Made by a program: the position numbers and the translations under genes. A stretch of DNA of 21,516 nucleotides from positions 1 to 21,516 of the forward strand of contig JAKSOL010000030.1 of NCBI GenBank assembly GCA_024405635.1. The letters are read 5' to 3'. A model generated the notes under the pieces. It made no database searches. It saw nothing but the letters and a program-made list of their open reading frames with translations, and was not told the DNA's origin. Shown here in pieces: positions 17,033 to 21,516 of this stretch (position 1 is its first letter; each line of letters starts with the position of its first letter). Source of the DNA: Salinivirgaceae bacterium. Lineage in GTDB: Bacteria; Bacteroidota; Bacteroidia; Bacteroidales; SZUA-534.

Positions 17033-17407
17033 ATGAATACTGAAATTGAAGAAAAAGACCTAAAAACGGCCATAATTGATGCAATAAAGGAGAAAAAAGG
17101 CGAAGAAATTGTGCTGATTGATCTTACTGAAATAGAACAAGCTATAGCTGAATATTTCGTTGTTTGCCATGCAAATTCAAACACACAAGTTGAGGCAATT
17201 GCCGATAATGTTGAGCGCTACGTTCGTACTGTAACCCCAAATCACGAACACCCAATGTTTGTTGAGGGAACTCAAAACGCTCAATGGGTTTTGCTTGACT
17301 ATGGCGATATTATTGTTCATGTTTTTCAAGAGCAATATCGCCGATTTTACGACATTGAAAGCCTTTGGGCCGATGCTAAATGTGAAACTATTAACGACGA
17401 AGAATAA
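17033..17407 (+). CDS. rsfS: Ribosome silencing factor (Iojap)
   Basis: EKKGEEIVLIDL, YFVVCHANSNTQVEAIAD, WVLLDYGDIIVHVF, RRFYDIESLWADA. Confidence 0.96.
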   Translation: MNTEIEEKDLKTAIIDAIKEKKGEEIVLIDLTEIEQAIAEYFVVCHANSNTQVEAIADNVERYVRTVTPNHEHPMFVEGTQNAQWVLLDYGDIIVHVFQEQYRRFYDIESLWADAKCETINDEE

Positions 17408-19476
17408 TGGATCAAAATACTAATCCACAAAACAACCAAGCCAATCCACAACGTAACTCGGGCGACAAAAAGCCTAAGTTTAACATGTCGTGGATTTACG
17501 GAGCAATAGCTATTGTGCTATTCGTTTCGTTTTTTATTTCGCCAATGGGTAGCAGTCCAATTGAAATTGATTGGAAACGCTTTAAGGTTGAAATGCTTAA
17601 AAACCACGATGTTTTGAAAATCGAAGTGGTTAATAATGACCGTGCCGAAATTTTTATCAAACCCGAAAAGCTAAACGAATCTCGTTATGCCGATGCTGCC
17701 AAAGGTGCCTCTAAATTTGGTATCAATCCGCAGTATTTCTTTACAATAGGTTCGGTTGATAAATTTGAAGAACAACTTGCTGAGGCAACTCAACAACTAT
17801 CGCCAACCGAAGAGGTCCCAGTTCGTTTTGTGAAACGCGAAAACCACATGAACAGCATTATGAATTGGTTTGTCTTTCCTCTGATACTGATTGTGGTTTG
17901 GCTTTTTATTTTCCGCAGAATGACTGGTGGTGGCATGGGAGGCGGCAATCAAATATTTAATGTGGGCAAATCGCGCGCAAAAATGTTTGACAAAGACAGC
18001 ACCGAAATAAAAATTGACTTTAAAGATGTTGCAGGACTAGAAGAGGCAAAGGTTGAGATTAAAGAAATTGTAGATTTTCTAAAAAATCCTAAAAAATACA
18101 CCGACTTGGGCGGAAAAATACCAAAAGGAGCATTGCTAGTAGGCCCTCCAGGAACTGGTAAAACCTTATTGGCAAAAGCTGTGGCAGGCGAAGCTCATGT
18201 ACCATTCTTCTCAATGTCTGGTTCCGATTTTGTTGAAATGTTTGTTGGCGTTGGAGCCTCTCGTGTTCGCGACCTATTTAAACAAGCAAAAGAAAAAGCC
18301 CCATGCATCATTTTTATTGACGAGATTGATGCCATTGGCCGTGCTCGCGGTAAAAATCCAAACTTTGGTTCCAACGATGAACGCGAAAATACTTTGAACC
18401 AATTACTTACCGAAATGGATGGTTTTGGCACAAACAGCGGCGTTATTATTCTTGCTGCAACCAACCGTGCCGATATCCTTGACCGTGCATTGATGCGCGC
18501 CGGTCGTTTCGATCGCCAAATACACGTTGAACTCCCCGATTTGAACGAGCGTGCGGCAATATTTAATGTTCATTTGCGCCCACTCAAAAAACTTGATGCT
18601 GAAGTGAATGCCGAAATGCTTGCAAAGCAAACTCCAGGTTTTTCGGGAGCCGAAATAGCAAATGTGGTGAATGAGGCTGCACTTATTGCTGCTCGTCATG
18701 ACAAGAAACTTGTTGAAAAACAAGATTTTCTTGATGCGATTGACCGTATTGTAGGTGGATTGGAAAAGAAAAATAAAATAATATCGCCTGCCGAGAAAAA
18801 AACCATTGCATACCACGAGGCCGGACACGCAACCGTTAGTTGGATGCTTGAACATGCTAATCCGTTAATAAAAGTAACCATTGTTCCTCGCGGGCAAGCT
18901 CTTGGCGCTGCTTGGTATTTACCAGAAGAACGCCAACTGACCACTCGTGCTCAAATGATGGACGAATTGGCATCGTTGCTAGGCGGACGTTGTGCCGAAG
19001 AGTTGTTCTTTAATATGACATCAACTGGCGCACTTAACGACCTTGAGCGTGCAACAAAAATGGCCTATGCTATGGTTTCATACTATGGAATGAGCGAAAA
19101 AATTGGACTGATGAGTTATTTCGATTCGTCTGGTCAATCGGAATACTCTTTTTCAAAGCCATATAGCGAGGAAACCGCTCGATTAATAGATTCAGAAACT
19201 AAATTGGTGATTGAAGAGGCTTTTCGGAAAGCTCGCAAGGTGCTTTCTACCTACGAGGCTCAACATCACGAGTTGGCTCAGCTTCTATTAGATCGCGAGG
19301 TACTCTTTGCCGAAGACTTGGAACGCATTCTTGGCCCTCGTCCTGGTCAACCTGCTGAACATGCTGAACTTACAAAGGTTAAACAGCCAGAAACTGATGC
19401 TTTGGCAATGGAAAAAGATGACGAGGATACATCTGAAAATGATGCTAATCAAACTAAGCAAGAACCTGAAAACTAA
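17407..19476 (+). CDS. ftsH: ATP-dependent zinc metalloprotease FtsH
   Basis: Two TM segments, GPPGTGKT, IIFIDEIDA, SRH TNRADILDRALMRAGRFDR, HEAGH; TAATG overlap with rsfS. Confidence 0.98.
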   Translation: MDQNTNPQNNQANPQRNSGDKKPKFNMSWIYGAIAIVLFVSFFISPMGSSPIEIDWKRFKVEMLKNHDVLKIEVVNNDRAEIFIKPEKLNESRYADAAKGASKFGINPQYFFTIGSVDKFEEQLAEATQQLSPTEEVPVRFVKRENHMNSIMNWFVFPLILIVVWLFIFRRMTGGGMGGGNQIFNVGKSRAKMFDKDSTEIKIDFKDVAGLEEAKVEIKEIVDFLKNPKKYTDLGGKIPKGALLVGPPGTGKTLLAKAVAGEAHVPFFSMSGSDFVEMFVGVGASRVRDLFKQAKEKAPCIIFIDEIDAIGRARGKNPNFGSNDERENTLNQLLTEMDGFGTNSGVIILAATNRADILDRALMRAGRFDRQIHVELPDLNERAAIFNVHLRPLKKLDAEVNAEMLAKQTPGFSGAEIANVVNEAALIAARHDKKLVEKQDFLDAIDRIVGGLEKKNKIISPAEKKTIAYHEAGHATVSWMLEHANPLIKVTIVPRGQALGAAWYLPEERQLTTRAQMMDELASLLGGRCAEELFFNMTSTGALNDLERATKMAYAMVSYYGMSEKIGLMSYFDSSGQSEYSFSKPYSEETARLIDSETKLVIEEAFRKARKVLSTYEAQHHELAQLLLDREVLFAEDLERILGPRPGQPAEHAELTKVKQPETDALAMEKDDEDTSENDANQTKQEPEN

Positions 19477-19483
19477 AAAAAAC

Positions 19484-19684
19484 ATGGATAACGATTGGGT
19501 GGTTGTTTATTCAACCGACAAACAATATGTTGCCGAAATGATAAATAGTTTGCTAGAGTCGGCCAATCTGAATTCTGTAATAATGAATAAAAAAGATTCG
19601 AGTTATAACTTTGGCGAATTCGAAATATTAGTGCAAGCCGCAAATGTTGACCAGGCGCGGAGTATAATTGAAACGAAAGAATGA
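19484..19684 (+). CDS. DUF2007-family small protein (66 aa)
   Basis: WVVVYST...[32 protein letters not shown] pattern; ATG after an A-rich leader 7 nt past the ftsH stop; ATGA overlap with cdsA. Confidence 0.82.
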   Translation: MDNDWVVVYSTDKQYVAEMINSLLESANLNSVIMNKKDSSYNFGEFEILVQAANVDQARSIIETKE

Positions 19685-20487
19685 AAAAACTGATTACACG
19701 AACCATAACAGGAGCCATTTTTGTGACTTTGCTTATTGGGGCCATTGTTTATGGCGGTTATTTCTTTGTGTTGGCATTTTTGCTTTTCGATATTTTAGCT
19801 CTCAACGAATTCTATAATATGACTAGCAAACTTGGCAGTGTGCTAAAGGGTTATTGTATAACTCTTGGTGCGTTAATGTTTGTGGCCAACTATTTGGTTT
19901 GCTCAGGAACTATACATAAAGGTTGGATTGCGTTAGTTGCTGCAATGTGGATTTTGGTGGCAATTTTTGAGATATTCAGAGCCTTGCCAAATGCTACAAC
20001 AAACATGGCCATTTCGGCTTTTGGTCTAATATACATTGCTTTGCCGTTTGCTCTGATTAATAATATTGCGTTTGTATCGGCCGAATATGATATGGCGGTT
20101 GTGTTGGGTATGTTTGTTATTATTTGGGCAAACGACACTGGTGCTTATGTTTTTGGATGCATGCTTGGTCGTCATAAACTAAACGAGCGTATATCGCCAA
20201 AAAAAACTATCGAAGGATTGGTTGGAGGTATTGCAGTTGCACTCGGTGCATCGGCTGTTTTAGCACAATTCTTCAAGCAATATACTGTAGAACAGTGGCT
20301 CGTTATGGCTGCGATTATTTCGGTAGTTGGAACACTTGGCGATTTAGTTGAGTCGCTTATTAAACGAGATGTCGGGGTAAAAGATTCGGGCAATGTTTTG
20401 CCAGGTCATGGAGGTGTGCTCGATCGTTTCGATAGCATTATATTGGCAATACCTTTTATTTTAACATATTTGCATTTCGTAAACTAA
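19681..20487 (+). CDS. cdsA: Phosphatidate cytidylyltransferase
   Basis: Multi-TM; [48 protein letters not shown]. Confidence 0.96.
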   Translation: MKKLITRTITGAIFVTLLIGAIVYGGYFFVLAFLLFDILALNEFYNMTSKLGSVLKGYCITLGALMFVANYLVCSGTIHKGWIALVAAMWILVAIFEIFRALPNATTNMAISAFGLIYIALPFALINNIAFVSAEYDMAVVLGMFVIIWANDTGAYVFGCMLGRHKLNERISPKKTIEGLVGGIAVALGASAVLAQFFKQYTVEQWLVMAAIISVVGTLGDLVESLIKRDVGVKDSGNVLPGHGGVLDRFDSIILAIPFILTYLHFVN

Positions 20488-20498
20488 AACATTAAAAG

Positions 20499-21158
20499 AT
20501 GCGTATTCATAAAGCTGGCTATAGCGTAATATTTGTTGCAGTTCTTATTCTTGCATTAATTGATTTAATTGTGTTTTTTGCCAGCAACGGCTTGTTGCCT
20601 TTCTATATCTCGTTGATGGCTACAGGATTGCTTGCATTGTTTGTGGTTCGCTTTTTTCGATATCCAAATCGAAAAATAACTGTAGCTGAAGGTGAAATTA
20701 TAGCACCGGCCGATGGCACTGTTGTTACAATTGAGGAGGTTGAAAATACCGAATATGTTGAGGGAAAACGTATCCAAGTCTCAATTTTTATGTCAGTTTG
20801 GAATGTTCACATCAACTGGATACCAGTGTCGGGCGTTATTAAAACGGCTTTGCACATCGATGGTAGCTTCGTAATGGCACGTGCCCCAAAATCTTCTGAT
20901 TTAAACGAACGTACAGTTACTGTTATTAAACCTGAACAAGGCGAAACTATAGTTGTAAAACAAATTGCAGGTATTGTAGCTCGCCGCATATTAACCTACA
21001 TTAAAGAAGGCGATTCGGTAAAAAGTGGAGACCAACTTGGTTTTATTCGCTTTGGTTCGCGCGTCGATGTTTTATTACCTCTTGATTATGAGATAAATGT
21101 AAAACTAGGACAAAAAACCGTAGGTGGAATAACCAAACTTGCTCAAAAAAAACAATAG
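20499..21158 (+). CDS. psd: Phosphatidylserine decarboxylase proenzyme
   Basis: FFRYPNR, APADG, SIFMSVWNVH, NER, QIAGIVARRI and the autocleavage motif RFGSRVD. Confidence 0.95.
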   Translation: MRIHKAGYSVIFVAVLILALIDLIVFFASNGLLPFYISLMATGLLALFVVRFFRYPNRKITVAEGEIIAPADGTVVTIEEVENTEYVEGKRIQVSIFMSVWNVHINWIPVSGVIKTALHIDGSFVMARAPKSSDLNERTVTVIKPEQGETIVVKQIAGIVARRILTYIKEGDSVKSGDQLGFIRFGSRVDVLLPLDYEINVKLGQKTVGGITKLAQKKQ

Positions 21159-21162
21159 AGGG

Positions 21163-21191
21163 TTTGAAAATGTAATAAAAGCGTACTTTTG
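21163..21191 (+). promoter_or_regulatory. sigmaA promoter for the ferredoxin gene
   Basis: TTTG at 21163-21166 and TACTTTTG(CG) at 21184-21191. Confidence 0.65.
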
Positions 21192-21226
21192 CGCTCGAAT
21201 TATAAATAAACGTTTATTTCAAAATT

Positions 21227-21397
21227 ATGGCTTACAAAATTTCAGCAGACAGTTGCTTGGCTTGCGGCACTTGCATTAGCGAATGCCCAGTAGAGGCTAT
21301 CTCAGAGGGCGATGTTTATGTAATCGATCCAGCAAAATGCACCGAGTGTGGTACTTGCGCTGGCGTTTGCCCAGTAGAAGCTATCTCAAAGGATTAA
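21227..21397 (+). CDS. 2[4Fe-4S] clostridial-type ferredoxin, 56 aa (absent from the ORF track)
   Basis: Manual translation MAYKISADSCLACGTCISECPVEAISEGDVYVIDPAKCTECGTCAGVCPVEAISKD gives two CxxCxxCxxxCP motifs; it has its own promoter and terminator. Confidence 0.97.
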   Translation: MAYKISADSCLACGTCISECPVEAISEGDVYVIDPAKCTECGTCAGVCPVEAISKD

Positions 21398-21424
21398 TTC
21401 CTTAAAGCTACTAAAAAGCAATGA

Positions 21425-21463
21425 AAAGGAATTCTCACAGTTGTGAGGATTCCTTTGTTTTTT
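21425..21463 (+). terminator. Intrinsic terminator after the ferredoxin gene
   Basis: AAAGGAATTCTCACA-GT-TGTGAGGATTCCTTT-GTTTTTT. Confidence 0.88.
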
Positions 21464-21516
21464 ATTAACGCGAGTTCGATATAAGCAAATAAGCAAATCA
21501 GTAAAATAGAACAAGT

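Noticed and set aside
19307-19483. Extended DUF2007 ORF or programmed FtsH-DUF2007 frameshift fusion
   Set aside because: The +1 frame is open, but there is a good ATG at 19484 with an A-rich leader, the A8 run overlaps and follows the ftsH stop, and no stimulatory structure is evident.

Overview
Chromosomal, mostly housekeeping region of an anaerobic Bacteroidota (Bacteroidales-like) genome, inferred from TAnnTTTG -7 promoter boxes, A-rich SD-less translation starts and the rsfS-ftsH-DUF2007-cdsA-psd gene order. In order: a 15-bp tandem repeat at the window edge; nadB (-) divergent from a hemW-cobB-beta-barrel-IPExxxVDY/HAD fusion operon; a universal stress protein; an orphan histidine kinase; groES-groEL; a His/Cys-rich COG0523 GTPase (-); a WcaJ-like sugar transferase; yidD (-) divergent from tsaC, a secreted repeat protein and a lipoprotein; a degenerate Gfo/Idh/MocA protein; desulfoferrodoxin (-); rsfS-ftsH-DUF2007-cdsA-psd; and a 56-aa 2[4Fe-4S] ferredoxin missed by the ORF track. 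I see no mobile element, CRISPR array, RNA gene or defence system, and I cannot support a wholly new multi-gene system. The best leads are: (1) a shared bipartite element (TGnnA-N3-TGTCAG, 20-21 nt spacer, TTGGCAYAAAT) upstream of groESL and rsfS-ftsH, suggesting a sigma54-like proteostasis regulon; (2) the IPExxxVDY-HAD fusion; (3) a sirtuin with a natural Arg-to-Met change in its YxxR motif; (4) a roughly nine-repeat secreted protein plus lipoprotein coupled to tsaC. All calls are by-eye recognition; no searches were run.
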